Assembly: GCA_951406725.2 (NCBI GenBank)
Contig: OX597822.1
Location: forward strand, 70,308,001 to 70,372,000
Direction: 5' to 3'
DNA length: 64,000 nucleotides
Origin: Octopus vulgaris
Taxonomy: Eukaryota
The notes below the pieces were generated by a model. That model had not been told where the DNA came from and did not search any database. It saw nothing but the letters and a program-made list of their open reading frames with translations. Position numbers and translations under genes: made by a program. The first letter of the stretch is position 1. Each line of letters starts with the position of its first letter. Below are positions 27,580 to 39,699 of the stretch, one piece after another.

Positions 27580-28644
27580 CTCTCTCTCTCTCTATTTCTC
27601 TCTGCTCACTCATATTCATTCATACAAAAATAAAAGTCACAGGTAATGATGTGTTGACTTACTGCTTTATTATTTTAAATGTGAAGTTCAACTGAAAAGA
27701 TGAGGAGAAACCTGTTATTTGTGGAAGCTGTAGTGGTTGTGAGCAGTCTGAAATTTAATGGGTGATAGCTTGATAATTCATATTTCTTCTTCAAGTTTGC
27801 CTACATATCTACATAACATAACCTATTTGCATGCAAACTGATGCAGCAAAAACGCCATACGCTTAAGAATATGGTGATACCATCATATTGACTGCATTGT
27901 AAATTATTGGAGTATTATTAAAGAACTGGTAAACTTAATTGTGTGTGTAGAATGGGTATGTATATTCTGTATCAGATTAAATGTATTGACTACCTTCTGT
28001 GAGTTACATGTATGAACATAAGTAATTGTTCTTTGTGTAGGTGTGATGTCTAAGAATGTTTAGAAGATAGGAAAGCATAACGTATGTTATAATGTTGTCC
28101 TGGTAAGATGAGCGCTGGTGAGTTTGTCCCTACCAGCTCTGGCCAGAAATGTGTGTGCTTGTGTGTATGTGTATGTGTAGTCTGTGACCATGAATCTTAA
28201 ATGATCGTAGGTAGTTTACAACGGAAGTGTTATAGGTTTTGTAAAGGGGGCTAATCTCCAAATGATTCAGAAACACAGTGAGGATCTGGTTTGGCAAATT
28301 ATGGTAGTAGGTCTCACAATCACCGTCACCACTCTACTTGATTTCAATCAAAAATGATTGGGACAAATAGGATCAACTTTTGCATTTGTTGGAGCAATTA
28401 CTATTTTTTTTGTTGTATCTTGGGATGGTCATTATGTCAATAATGAACCCATGCACTCATTCTATTTCACTTCTTTATTTTATAATTAGTCATTTCATTA
28501 ACTTTTAAGCATTTAACTAATTGACATTGATTAAATGTTTGGTCAATCAATTGGCTCGGTTTGTGAAAGTCATTTCATTATCATTTGCAATCTCATCAAT
28601 GGCATGTTCTCTCTAATCTAGGTTTGTTTCAAGTCTGCCTAGAC

Positions 28645-28883
28645 CAGTGGTTCTCAACCATTTTTTACCTCTAGGCCCCTTTGATTCCTATTTCACTCAG
28701 TTGAACCTCCCCATAGCTATTCTATGTTTCAAAAAATGTATTTTTATAATTAAATATTATTAGAAATTGTATTTAATAAGTGTTAAAATATTTTGTACAT
28801 TGTAGAGATATAAACAATTTATTGTACATAAATTTTAATGTGGAGCCCCAGAGGTCATATGGGACCAGAGTTGAGAACCACTA
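28645..28883 (-). mobile_element. hAT (Charlie/MER5-like) MITE
   Basis: TIRs cagtggttctcaac / gttgagaaccacta. 8-bp TSD gcctagac / gtctagac (7/8), the NTCTAGAN-type target of Charlie elements. Confidence 0.85.
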
Positions 28884-29012
28884 GTCTAGACAAATCTGAA
28901 ACAGACCTTCTGATTGATCGATTGACTGAATGATTAATCAAACAGTCAATGAGTTAACTGGCTAAATGGTTAATTAATTGACTGATGATGATGACGCCGC
29001 CGTCTCCTCCTC

Positions 29013-29494
29013 CTCCTCATTGATATGACTGTCCCAATCGATATAAACGTATCTGTCAAGACCTACCAAAAACTGAGCAAATATAAAGATCTTGAAACAG
29101 AAATTAGCAAAATGTGGAACCTGAAGACTAAAACAATACCTGTTGTCATAGGTGCCCTGGGAATGATAGCAAAAGGGGCTGATTGCTACCTAGCCTAGAT
29201 ACCAGGAAACCCCAAAATGGCAGAAATTCAAAAGATAGTGCTCATGGAAACTGCTCATATCCTACGCAAAATACTTTCTATGTAATCTCAAGTTTTAAAA
29301 CAAACATAATTTTCTTATGGTTTCTTAAACATTTACTAGTACAACACTAAGTACAAAACCAAATATATGGCACCCTAGGCATAACACGAACATGAACTTC
29401 TAACTTGTTGTCTCTTGAAGTCTCTGGGTGAGACTTGGAGCCAACTTGTACAAATGTAAAGCAAAAGTCAAACATAGAATAATGATAATAATAA
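29013..29494 (+). mobile_element. 5'-truncated R4/Dong-like LINE: restriction-like endonuclease C-terminus plus 3' UTR
   Basis: 29019-29285 reads IDMTVPIDINVSVKTYQKLSKYKDLETEISKMWNLKTKTIPVVIGALGMIAKGADCYLA*IPGNPKMAEIQKIVLMETAHILRKILSM*, with one stop at 29196. Ends in (AAT)n. Confidence 0.85.
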
Positions 29495-29725
29495 GTGAAA
29501 ATGTGTTTGATATTGACATAATGGCCTTCACATGATACTACAAATTCTGTTTCCATGCAAAAGTTCACATCTAGAACCTTTCAAACAAAATTCAGAAAAA
29601 TGCAGTTATTACGCTGTGATCTCTCGAGCTTCTTTTCTCTTTTTGAGGTGGAGCAGCAACCATCTTCTGTGGTTGACATCATTGTCACAACATTCAATGA
29701 CCTGCTCACCTCATTTATTGTTTAG

Positions 29726-29778
29726 TTGTAGAAATAATAGAGATAAGACTAAGGCAGCTGTTAAGCCTGGTTTGGCAG
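29726..29778 (+). CDS. Candidate short exon of an unidentified gene
   Basis: Branch-like ctcac, acceptor ttgtttag, perfect donor CAG|gtaagt; open frame CRNNRDKTKAAVKPGLA. Its phase does not join the 30500 exon. Confidence 0.25.
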
Positions 29779-30499
29779 GTAAGTGTCATCACTTTCTTCA
29801 TGCTTTTCACCTTTCTCTAATACCCTATTGAGAAGCATTAGTGATCTGACTTCCAATCTATTTTAAGCTAATCCTTTTTTTTTTTTTTTGTGAAAGATGT
29901 GAACTTAATGACAAGTTTACTCTTCCCTTAGAAAGAACTTGTAAAGCGGTGAGTATGAATACGGAATTGTTTCTTAAATAAGCAAGTTTGGAGCTCAAAA
30001 TGTAATGGAAATGGATGATTGCTGGTGAAAATGTGAGAGAGGTTGGGGTTGGAATGTACTGACTACAAAAGTACACCAAAAGACAGTTGAGACAAAGTAA
30101 GTTCTTGCATGGAAAAATGGATGCTGCTGCTAATGATATATTTAAAATACACATAACTAAACCATAGTTCCCCTCGACTTTCTCATTAATAAAAGTTGGT
30201 TATTTACAGAGTGCACAAAATTAGTGAGGACACCCTACTTTCTCTTTAGTTTGTACTAAACTCTGTATTTTCAATTCTTTTAATTATTTATGTTCATATT
30301 TATTTATTTATTTATTTATTTATTTTATTTTATTTTCAGTTTTAATTTACACCTTTTGATTTTCAGTTTTGATTTTGAAATTTAATTTTTCAGAATTTTC
30401 TCTGAGTTTTAATTTATTCTCCCACCCCCTTGGTTTATTTTGCTTCAAGCAAGTCCCAGGAATACGATATGTTACATGTGCACATTTTATTATTTCCAG

Positions 30500-30559
30500 A
30501 CCTCAAGCAGGTCCTAGTGATATGAGATCAACCGATTTCTCTGCCAACCATCCGAATCG
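30500..30559 (+). CDS. Candidate 60-nt symmetric (phase 2) coding exon of an unidentified gene
   Basis: Acceptor ttttattatttccag, donor CG|gtaaga. Length is divisible by 3 and only one frame is open (PQAGPSDMRSTDFSANHPNR). GC/CpG higher than the flanks. Confidence 0.5.
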
Positions 30560-33060
30560 GTAAGAGTCTTGTCGATTTGTGTCTTCCCAAACTTGCATAC
30601 CTTCCTTTTTCAAACTTTAGGCTGCTGATCCTTCATACTATCCTGATTTGGGGATTTTCTGGTTCCTAAATATCATTCATAGCTAGCTGCTTATTTAACA
30701 CAGTACTTGTTTTATCACCCACTGCTTCTCTCTTGTTTTTTTTCTTTTTCACCTCATAAAACTGAGATTTTCTTCTGTTCTGTCTGACCTTGGTAACCTC
30801 TGCTTCTACTACAACTGTTTATGTAATAAATAAATAAATAAATAAATAAATATATGACTGAATGAAATGAAGGAGGTAGATTTGTTCTACTTCTTCAAAT
30901 CATAAACACTAATTGTTTTACTTTTAAATGTTTATAATTATAATGTTCGCATTCAAGAATTTAGTTTCTAAACAAAATTATTCTAAAGACACAAAGTTTA
31001 TTTCTGCTTAGAGTAACAGTATAGTGGAGAATAGATTACAATAGAATTCTTACAACATTAGAATAATGTTTAGTTACTTCTGAATAGTTTTACAATTCTC
31101 TTTCTCTTAGTACAAGTGGCACTGCAAATTGTTCTTGAAACTAGATCTCAGCTATTGAGATTGTCTGGCTTTTAGCATGTAGAGAATATGCAATTTTAGT
31201 GAATATCAAAAGAATATTTTTCTGATATGATCCCCACTTCCCTTCCCTCTCTTCCTCCCCAAAATCAATTAATCTTTTGGAAAGTTCTTAATGACTCAAA
31301 ACAACAAATATCTAAGACTACTTATTGTCATAACTCATTAAAATCTTTCCTAGAGCTCTCCTACATATAACAAAGAACAAACAGATATGGAGTCAATCAT
31401 AAAATGTTGCTTTATCTGATGCTTCTCTCCCTCCCTACCCTCCACACACACACACACACACATACATGCATACACAAAATCTGATATACCTACTCCTTCC
31501 TTCCACATACAGCTAAATTTTATTTAAGTTGCATGAGTTTTGGGATGAAGTTTTCTCAGCACGCCACCATTCTGTGCTTCCAGACATTTTCCATCTTGAA
31601 CTTTTAGTCTGTTGTATTAAACAAATTGCATTCTTTTTATCTTTCCCTGACCAATCTTCTCTTTCCCCAGGCAAAATGTTTCCTATCAATTTCTCTAAGA
31701 ACAATCTATTTTCATTCTTCCAACACTTCAGTTTTCCGCATGTTTTATCTTTGCCATTGTCTTGAGAATTGCATTGGAATGTCAGCTTTGTATGACCAAC
31801 CTGATGCCTGGGACATTTGTTAAGCTAATGCGAGTGTCGCTGTTACTGGGACCATTTTGTATGCACTAGCAGTGCGTTATTGCTACTACAGCAGCACTAA
31901 GACTGTCACTTAGCAGCTATATCTCTTTATAAGTAACATATGATTTTTTAATTCACGTCATTGTATGCTCTCTCTTTCTCTCTCTCTCCTTCTCTTTCTG
32001 ATTGGCTCTTACTCTTAACTGGTGGTCATAAAATCCACATGAAAAAAAAAACCAAAAAAAAAAAACCAAACTAAAAACAAACAAAAATAAAACTCTGTAA
32101 TTCTATCCTGACAGTTTTCTTAACTTTACTACTACAAAAAGATGCCAGTGTCTGTAACATAGTATATGTCATGTTAGTTTCTTTTCTATTCGTTTCTTTC
32201 TCTTCCTTTTTCTTTTTTTGTGCAAATCAATAGAAGAATGGCCAATGATTTATTGTGAATATAGCAATTTTTTTCAAATCAGATTTGCAGACACAATTGC
32301 ATATCAAAGTTGCTTTGCAGCACATTTGAAAAAGAAAAAGAAAAAGACGACGTTACTAGCATTCTGTAGATGAGTAAGTCGAAGCGAGAGACCAAATTAA
32401 CAATACTTTGTTTTATTGTACAGTAATAACTATCATTTATGTGCTTCATCTGAAAAATAATGGATGTTGAAACACAAGATGACTATTTAGCATATTTACA
32501 GATTCACAAATCTGAACTGATATAGTCATCATAAGCGTTAGCTTCTGCAGTTTGTCTTGGAAGAGGTTTGCTTACTAGATCTGTTTATTTTTGGTTAATT
32601 TATGACTTCATATGCAGGCTTCAGTTACCTCTCTGTGTGTATATTACCCAGTTGGGACACCATAATATATTACTCTCAATCAGAAATCTGCTGGCCTAAA
32701 GAGTTATTAAAAAAACATATAATTTCATACAGAAGCTGATTATCACTGCCAACTTTTATCGATCAAGTCCTTCCTCTTGTACATTAATTTCTAATAGTAT
32801 TTCTGAAGATTAATCTTTTTTACAAGCAAGGATTAACTGATAAATTATGGACATATAATTGACTGGCAGAACTTGTTATTTGTTTTGATGCTAGGAGTTT
32901 AAAACTTACTTTACCAGCAAAATTGTTATGATTGCATCTTCCTACTGAATCTGACTCATAGGAATGAATTTAAGCTGAACCATTTTAGCGAAGAAGTCAA
33001 GCCATTAAAGTACAAGTGCTGTACGACAACAATACAACATGGTTTTGTCAGTGTTCTTTC

Positions 33061-33546
33061 ACACACAACACTGTCCCTGCTGGTCGGGACACATCATACA
33101 CATGCCTCAAGTATGCCTTCCCCCATCAACTCTTTCTTTAGAGAGTTGACCTTGAGTACCAGACCACGTGGAGCCCCCGAATTTTGTTTACAAGACCACC
33201 TCAAGGCCACTTTCTTCTGCTGCTCCATTGACCCAAATATCTGGGAGACAGTCATCAAGGACTGCCCAAGGTGGCAGCATGGCAACGTCGAGGGAACAGA
33301 CCTGATGGAAAAATAGCAGTGTTAAGAGGCAGAGATCAAACGTTGAAGATGCAATGAATGACTCGTACTTCCTCATCTCTCACCAACTATGCCCTGCAAT
33401 AAATGCCCTCTCCTGGCTCTTGTATATCACCATTGGCTTGAACAGCCATCTCAGGCACTGGCATCCTTTATACACATCAAGATGAAGAGGCTCAATCACT
33501 GGCTACAGTCCTATTACTCAGATATGAGTTAATGCCACTGCTACAG
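33061..33546 (+). mobile_element. 5'-truncated RTE-clade LINE flanked by a ~120-bp direct duplication
   Basis: WSGHIIHMPQVCLP/RELTLSTRPRGAPEFCLQDHLK..IDPNIWETVIKDCPRW matches the RTE post-RT motif W.GH..RM..RLP...EL..G.R..G.P..KD.LK...WE....R..W. A decayed C2H2 finger follows (CNKC...IGLNSHLRH). Flanks 32936-33060 and 33547-33662 are duplicates. Confidence 0.8.
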
Positions 33547-33781
33547 ATCTTCCTACTGAATCTGACTCACAGGAATCTAAGCCAAACCATTTTAGCAAAG
33601 TAGTCAAGCCATTAAAGTACAAGTACAGCAATACGGCACAGTTATTATGTCAGGGTTCTTTCTGGAAGACATGCCCTGGTGTTTGAGGCTTTCTCTATAC
33701 GGAGAGCAGTTTTGGTGAATTAAAAAATAAAAATCAGTTCATGATTGGGTGCATGTAAAAAGTTTAAAATAAGTTTAAATA

Positions 33782-33922
33782 ACATTATTTACATTAGACG
33801 CATATTTGTCCTCATCTTGTCTGTTGTTAACACAATGTTTCGGCTGATATACCCTCCAGCCTTCAGCAGGTGTCTTGGGGAAATTTAAAACCTGGGTTCT
33901 CATTCCTAAGGTATTTTTATGA

Positions 33923-33954
<32 letters not shown>

Positions 33955-34110
33955 GGAATGAGAACCCAGGTTCAAATTCCCCCAGGACACCTGATGAAGG
34001 CTGGAGAGTACATCAGCCAAAGCGTTTTAACAACAGATGAGGACAAATATCTGTCAAATGTAAATAATGTAAATACTGTACATAATTCATCATCTCTCTA
34101 ATATAGAACT
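33782..34110. mobile_element. Fold-back (Penelope-like) element with hammerhead motifs in both arms
   Basis: Arms 33782-33909 / 33952-34070, (ATT)n spacer, unpaired 3' tail. Flanking direct repeat taagtttaaataa at 33770-33782 and 34112-34124. Confidence 0.8.
33829..33874 (-). ncRNA. Mutated minimal hammerhead motif (family 3); sister copy at 33986-34030 (+)
   Basis: Minus: GACAC-CUGCUGA-A-GGCUG..CAGCC-GAAAC-AUU-GUGUU. Plus copy: GACAC-CUGAUGA-A-GGCUG..CAGCC-AAAGC-GUU. Their consensus is a complete type I motif. Confidence 0.65.
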
Positions 34111-34516
34111 CTAAGTTTAAATAAGTTTAAATTCTCCTAATGCTAATGCTTTTGAGGTATGCAACATAAATAGTAAGATGTTAACATAATTATAAACATT
34201 TGAACAGTTTTAGGAATACTAACTGACTACTAAAGTTCCTTCCAAGCATTATTTTATTCTACTAATAAATTAAACTAGGGAGAGGTCTTATATGTAATTC
34301 TTATATGTACTGCTGCAAAAGTGTGCTGTAGTGCACATGAAAAGCTGGTAAATGTATTCATTTTTTTGTTTTCGTTTTCAGCCCATATGGGTAGCTGTTA
34401 ACATGTGTGGTGTTGCTTTTGTTGTCTCTGATGGAGGAAATTTCTTGAAAGACAAATTTAAGATTTTTTTTCTTTTTTTTTGTTTTGTTTTGTTTTGTTT
34501 TGTTGTTTTGTTTTAG

Positions 34517-34618
34517 GTATCATTTGCTCCCCACCTACAGATGTAGCCTACCTTGTGTGCATTTATCTCTGCGTAATCTCAGGAAGTTCTGTACTTTCCA
34601 TGTTGCAACTGCGAATCT
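34517..34618 (+). CDS. Weak candidate 102-nt symmetric (phase 1) exon
   Basis: Long T-rich tract ending ttttag, donor gtaagc; open frame IICSPPTDVAYLVCIYLCVISGSSVLSMLQLRI. Confidence 0.2.
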
Positions 34619-34680
34619 GTAAGCTTGTAGGTGGACGATTGAGTTATTTAGTAATTCCTCCCCCTCTCTCTCCTAGCTGT

Positions 34681-34727
<47 letters not shown>

Positions 34728-35443
34728 GACGATTTCTTTGATTTTAGTAGAGATAATTGCTTGCACTGTCACCTTCTTGTTAGCTAAGAGGTAAATGGAT
34801 GGAAATAATAGAAAATAAAATACAGATGGAGTAATATAAAAGGAAGCAAAACTGAAAAAGAAGATTGTTTTGGTGGAGGAAAAGCAATTGCAAGAAGCTT
34901 CTTATTTGTTAGAAATCGTATTGGTTAAGTAAAAACCTGTTTGATTCATTAGAAACTGAATAGATGTGTAGGAGGGTTGCAGGGTAAAGAGCTGATTGGC
35001 TTCGAATCAATGATCTATCTCCAGAAGTCATTCTTTTTCCCTCTGTCTTTGTGGTGGCGGAGAGAAATAGTGACATTTTGCCAGTTAGCAAGACTATTTA
35101 CCTCAAATAGCTTTGACAGTGCATCATTTGAATAAGCGGCTTAGGTTTACAATGTTGTTACTACACAGCTCTTGTATTTATCTTTTGTAGTTATTATTTT
35201 CTCAAAGATCTAGTGATGTGATGATAGTTCTGAGCTGATGGCTTCTTCACTTGATAAGCAAAGCTTGCCATTACTATAGAAAAGAATACATGGTTACAAG
35301 GAAGGCTCTAATAAGCTCAACATGTTACATGCACAACAGCGGGGATATTGTTGTTGTTGATGTTAGAGAAAAGGAATCAATACGTGTTCAACTTCAGAGG
35401 CTTCTCCTCTCTATGTGTGTATGTGTGTATATGTGTGTGTGTT

Positions 35444-35481
<38 letters not shown>

Positions 35482-35574
35482 CACATCTTACATGCATTTG
35501 TGTATATGTTGACTCATTCCTCTTCACTGGTTTAATGTGCGTATCCATGTGCACACACACATATACACACACTG

Positions 35575-36005
35575 ATCATTATTGTTTTTACATCTAACTT
35601 TTCCCCACACTGGCAGGGATTAAATAAGACTTGTTGAAGTAGTTTCCTACAGCTCGATACCTTTCCTGCTGCTAACCCTTACTTGTTTTCTACTAAGGTA
35701 GTCATCCCCCTCCTCCCCCCATTCCTCGGTTCTTTTCTGCAATGAACTGCACATTGACCAAACATGTTTTTATGGTAGGCGTAAGCACTGACCTCATTTA
35801 AATGAATGAAACTGTTTTGCACTTTACGAAACATAAACAATGTCAAGGTGCAGATGAGCATACATACACACACACACACACACACACACTGGCTTCCTTA
35901 GAGTTCCTGTTTATCAATTTTACTCACAAGGAATTGTCAGCCTGAGGGTATAGTAGAAGACTCTTGCCTATAGTGCCACAGAACTAAAATGAATCTGAAA
36001 CTGTG
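35575..36005 (-). mobile_element. Degenerate chimeric SINE (family B head, family C tail)
   Basis: B-like tatagtagaagac..ttgcc..gtgcca at the right end; C-like tttcctacagct.gat.cctttcct and tail at the left end. Same layout as 51196-51795. Confidence 0.6.
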
Positions 36006-37282
36006 GCATTATACGATATATTTATATATTAGCCAAGGGCTATATGGACTGAAGGGCCAGTGATTCCATGATAATGTAATTATCAAATTGACTGAACTGA
36101 AAACATCAACTTAATAAATAAGTATACATACATACATACATACACATACACTTAAATACATACATACACACACACACACAGCAAAAAAAATCTAACTTTC
36201 TAGAACTAATTTGAATAACTGTGCTGGTCACACAAGCAAAAAATTTGAAAATTTTTACTTTATAGATAAATAAGGTGGAGGAAAATGATACATAAACATG
36301 CTCATCTGTTAATATACATATTCCTACATAAACACACGCAATTGCAATAATGCAGTCTTACATGTGTGTATGTTTATATGTGCACATGCACACTCACACA
36401 CGCACAGAGAGGCATAGAATCACATGAGCTCAAATTCAAATACACACTCTTATACATATACTTACACTATTGTGCATGTGTGCTTTCATATATATATATA
36501 TACATTTACACACATGCATGCACATAAATGCACACATGTGCATGTATCGGCTTGCTCATATAATCAGATATACACATTATTCTAAAGAGCTTACCAATTA
36601 TCAAAAAAGTATTGTTAACCACGCCGTAGAATATTATATTATAATGGTACCCTACATAAAAGTAGATTCACAGAAAAAAAACACATGACATACTCTAAAC
36701 AGAGCATTAGTGCAAACCTGCAGGAAAAAAAAAGAAAAAGAAAAGGGGTGGGGGTTTATACTGTGTAGTTTCCAATTAGTTTAAATATAAACACAGATAT
36801 CTTCTGATATTTTTTCTGAATCTAATATACAAACAATGTCTCCTGAAATATAATAAGCTCCTTAAATTCTCCAACATCTAAAATACAATTGTTGAGACAA
36901 TTTTGCATTTATTTTGTGTTTTTGTAAAGAAAAAGTTAACCTATACAAATACACGATTTGAGATTGGGTATATTCAGCACACTTACGAAAACTAAAGAAC
37001 TGCAACCTCACTCTCTAAATATGTCTAGCATCTGAAAGACAGAGGTGTCTACAGCTACAAAATTACAATGGTCAGTCAGCTAAACAGTGACCCCAAATAG
37101 CAATGGTTTCAACTGTCTTCTATGTCCAAGCAGAAAAATATCATATACTAATATACAACTGAATTGATCCTAAGCAGATGTGGTACATTCTAAAGACTTT
37201 CGTTTTGCTGGTTGTATAATCTACATTTTGTTAAAATGATGACATGTCATATGAATGATATCCACTTAGACTTTTGAATATA

Positions 37283-37608
37283 CCATATATACTCGTGAAT
37301 GGGTCGCACCAATGGATTTGTGGTATTTACAGATAGGTCGCACTATAATCTGGGGGAGTTACAATAACCCCTTTATGATGTAAATATAACTAATATTTGC
37401 TATATATTATCAAATATTCACCTTTATTTCAAAACTTTGCTTACAAATATTAAAACATTTTTGTAGAAGTGACTTTATAATCAACTCAACTACTGATACA
37501 CCACCATCTACTTCAGATCTCTGTGATGTTGAGTGGATGGGTCACACCCCCTGATTTTTATGGAAAGTTTTGGTAAAACATGTGCGACCTATCTGGGAGC
37601 ATATACGG
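37283..37608. mobile_element. Tc1/mariner-superfamily (pogo/Tc2-like) MITE
   Basis: TA|ccatatatactcg ... gagcatatacgg|TA. Repeated subterminal motif at(g/a)ggtcgcac and its inverse gtgcgacctat. Confidence 0.75.
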
Positions 37609-38663
37609 TACCGCCAAAATTCTCTCACTTTAATTATTACCTAAATACACACGTATTACAGACAATGGCTAAATTGCAGCCTCATGCTTCATTTTATTAT
37701 GTTGGTTCCTAAACAGTTTTTGCAAGCCGTCTTTGTCAAATTTCCAAACTTGATAGACATTGTCTGGGTGCATCAAGAACATATGCACACCTGTGCACCT
37801 CTCTATTTCACATTCACACAGGGGAAAATAATGAGACTTACAGAAAAAAAATATACACACCTGAACTATTTGCTATATAGGAAAAACAAACAAAAACATG
37901 TGCATTGAAACTCTTGTCATATAGATGATCACTGTTTGATTATACACACACAGGGAGATTCGCACAAGAGAATACACACCTGAACTTGAACATAAATGAG
38001 AAGATTAGTATAGAAGAATATACAAACTTAGGCTATATACAGATGTTTGATATTGGTGCTGTTTTGTTTTCTATTTGCTTTTTCCATTTTTATTTATCCT
38101 TTTATTATTTTTCTTCAATAATTTTAGCTTTTATTTTTTCAAGTATATATGTGCAAGTGTATATGCTTGGTATATACCTGCATGTTTTTGTGTGTGCATA
38201 TCATCATCATCACCACCACCATCATCGTTTGACATCTGCTTTCCATGATGATGATGATATGCACTTAGGAAAAACATACAAGTGTATCTTAGCATTTATA
38301 CACATGCACACATATACATACATGGACATATATGTATACACATAAGTGTGCTTAAATGCATATAAATGTATGCATACTTATGTATATACATATATGTATG
38401 CCTACATATGCACATCATATGTAGATGTGCATAACTACATATAGATGTGGCGTATACAGGTGATGTTCATCTACAATTAGCATTGATGTCAAAATAAGGA
38501 GACACATACACTTACGCACCTGTGTGTGCATACATACATACTCATGCATGCGCACACACACACACACACAATTTATCCTGAACAGCAAGAGGCCCTATGA
38601 AGTAGTTGTCTGTTCCATGGGTCTTTCTATGTAGACATGTATATCTACAGGTATATATATATA

Positions 38664-38980
38664 TATATATAATTGTTAAAGAGGACAACAAACATTAACA
38701 CAAGACAAACATCTCAAGTCATATACGTTATTATTATTAGAAAAATTCTGGGATATCCCAGAAGCAGCTTAAAGCTTTGAATTTTCCCAATAATAATAAC
38801 GTATATGACTTGAGATGTTTGTCTTGCCTTAATGTTTATTGCCTTCTTTAATGACTATATATCTGCTATGTTGGAAATCTACAAAAGTTCCATAACTCCT
38901 GTCTCAGCTATTACCTTGGAGCCCTGGTAACCTGTTACCTAGTTGTTTAGATAACCTGTGAGCTAAATCCCCATATTTTA
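38664..38980. mobile_element. Fold-back element in (TA)n, no hammerhead seen
   Basis: 38-bp perfect inverted repeat 38701-38738 / 38789-38826 inside longer imperfect arms, then a unique tail and a CA/TA repeat. Confidence 0.7.
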
Positions 38981-38983
38981 TAC

Positions 38984-39033
<50 letters not shown>

Positions 39034-39039
<6 letters not shown>

Positions 39040-39310
39040 TTTATTTTATAGAAGGAGCTTCTACAGGACTAGTACTGTTCATCCTTTCGGGGTAGATAAA
39101 TTAAGTACCAGTTACACACTGGGGTCGATGTAATTGACTTAATCCCTTTCATTCAAATGAAATCATCAGGAAGCTCCTGATGATTTCATTTGAATGAAAC
39201 AGTACTAGTCCTGCAGAAGCTCCTTCTATAAAATAAAATAAATTAATTTACTCTGCTATGTATTGAGTACCTTATTTACTGTGGTTAACCCTGACTCAAC
39301 CCGGGACCTA
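39034..39310. mobile_element. Fold-back (Penelope-like) element in (TA)n with hammerhead motifs in both arms
   Basis: Hairpin centred near 39173 (catcagga-agc-tcctgatg). The tail aataaa..ttactct..gtattgagtac resembles the tail of the 52836 element. Confidence 0.8.
39054..39177 (-). ncRNA. Hammerhead motif (family 4) interrupted by a SINE fragment; sister copy at 39172-39223 (+)
   Basis: GGAGCUUC-CUGAUGA-UUUCAUUUGAAU-GAAA-[~70-nt insert]-CAG(UACUAGUC)CUGU-A^-GAAGCUCC. Stem I is 8/8 bp; stem II is weak. Confidence 0.65.
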
Positions 39311-39339
39311 CATATATATATATATGTGTGTGTGTGTGT

Positions 39340-39637
39340 ATGATGGACTCTCCTGTCGAAGATGATGGATGAGCAATTCAGCTTTTGCTGAACGACCTGC
39401 ACATTTGATTTGTTTATAATGATCAAATGTTCACATTGCACATTAGCTCACTCTTTCCATCGAATCAACATTGTCTGAACGGGTGCGCTTTGTGCCATGC
39501 GTTAGGTGTCTAAGTGATTACAGAGCAGTGTGAGATGAAGTGTTTTGCTCAAGAGCACAGTGCACCCCCTGGTCTAGGAATTGAAATCATGACCTAACAA
39601 TCATGAGTGCACCACCCTGGTCATTAGCCCATGCACC

Positions 39638-39640
<3 letters not shown>
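39340..39640 (-). mobile_element. Degenerate SINE family D
   Basis: agagcagtgtgagatgaagtgttttgctcaagagcaca...ggaattgaaa, as in 24570-24866. Confidence 0.65.

Positions 39641-39699
<59 letters not shown>

Noticed and set aside
30206-30240. Tc1-like terminal sequence tacagagtgcacaaaattagtgaggacacc
   Set aside because: No matching second end found.
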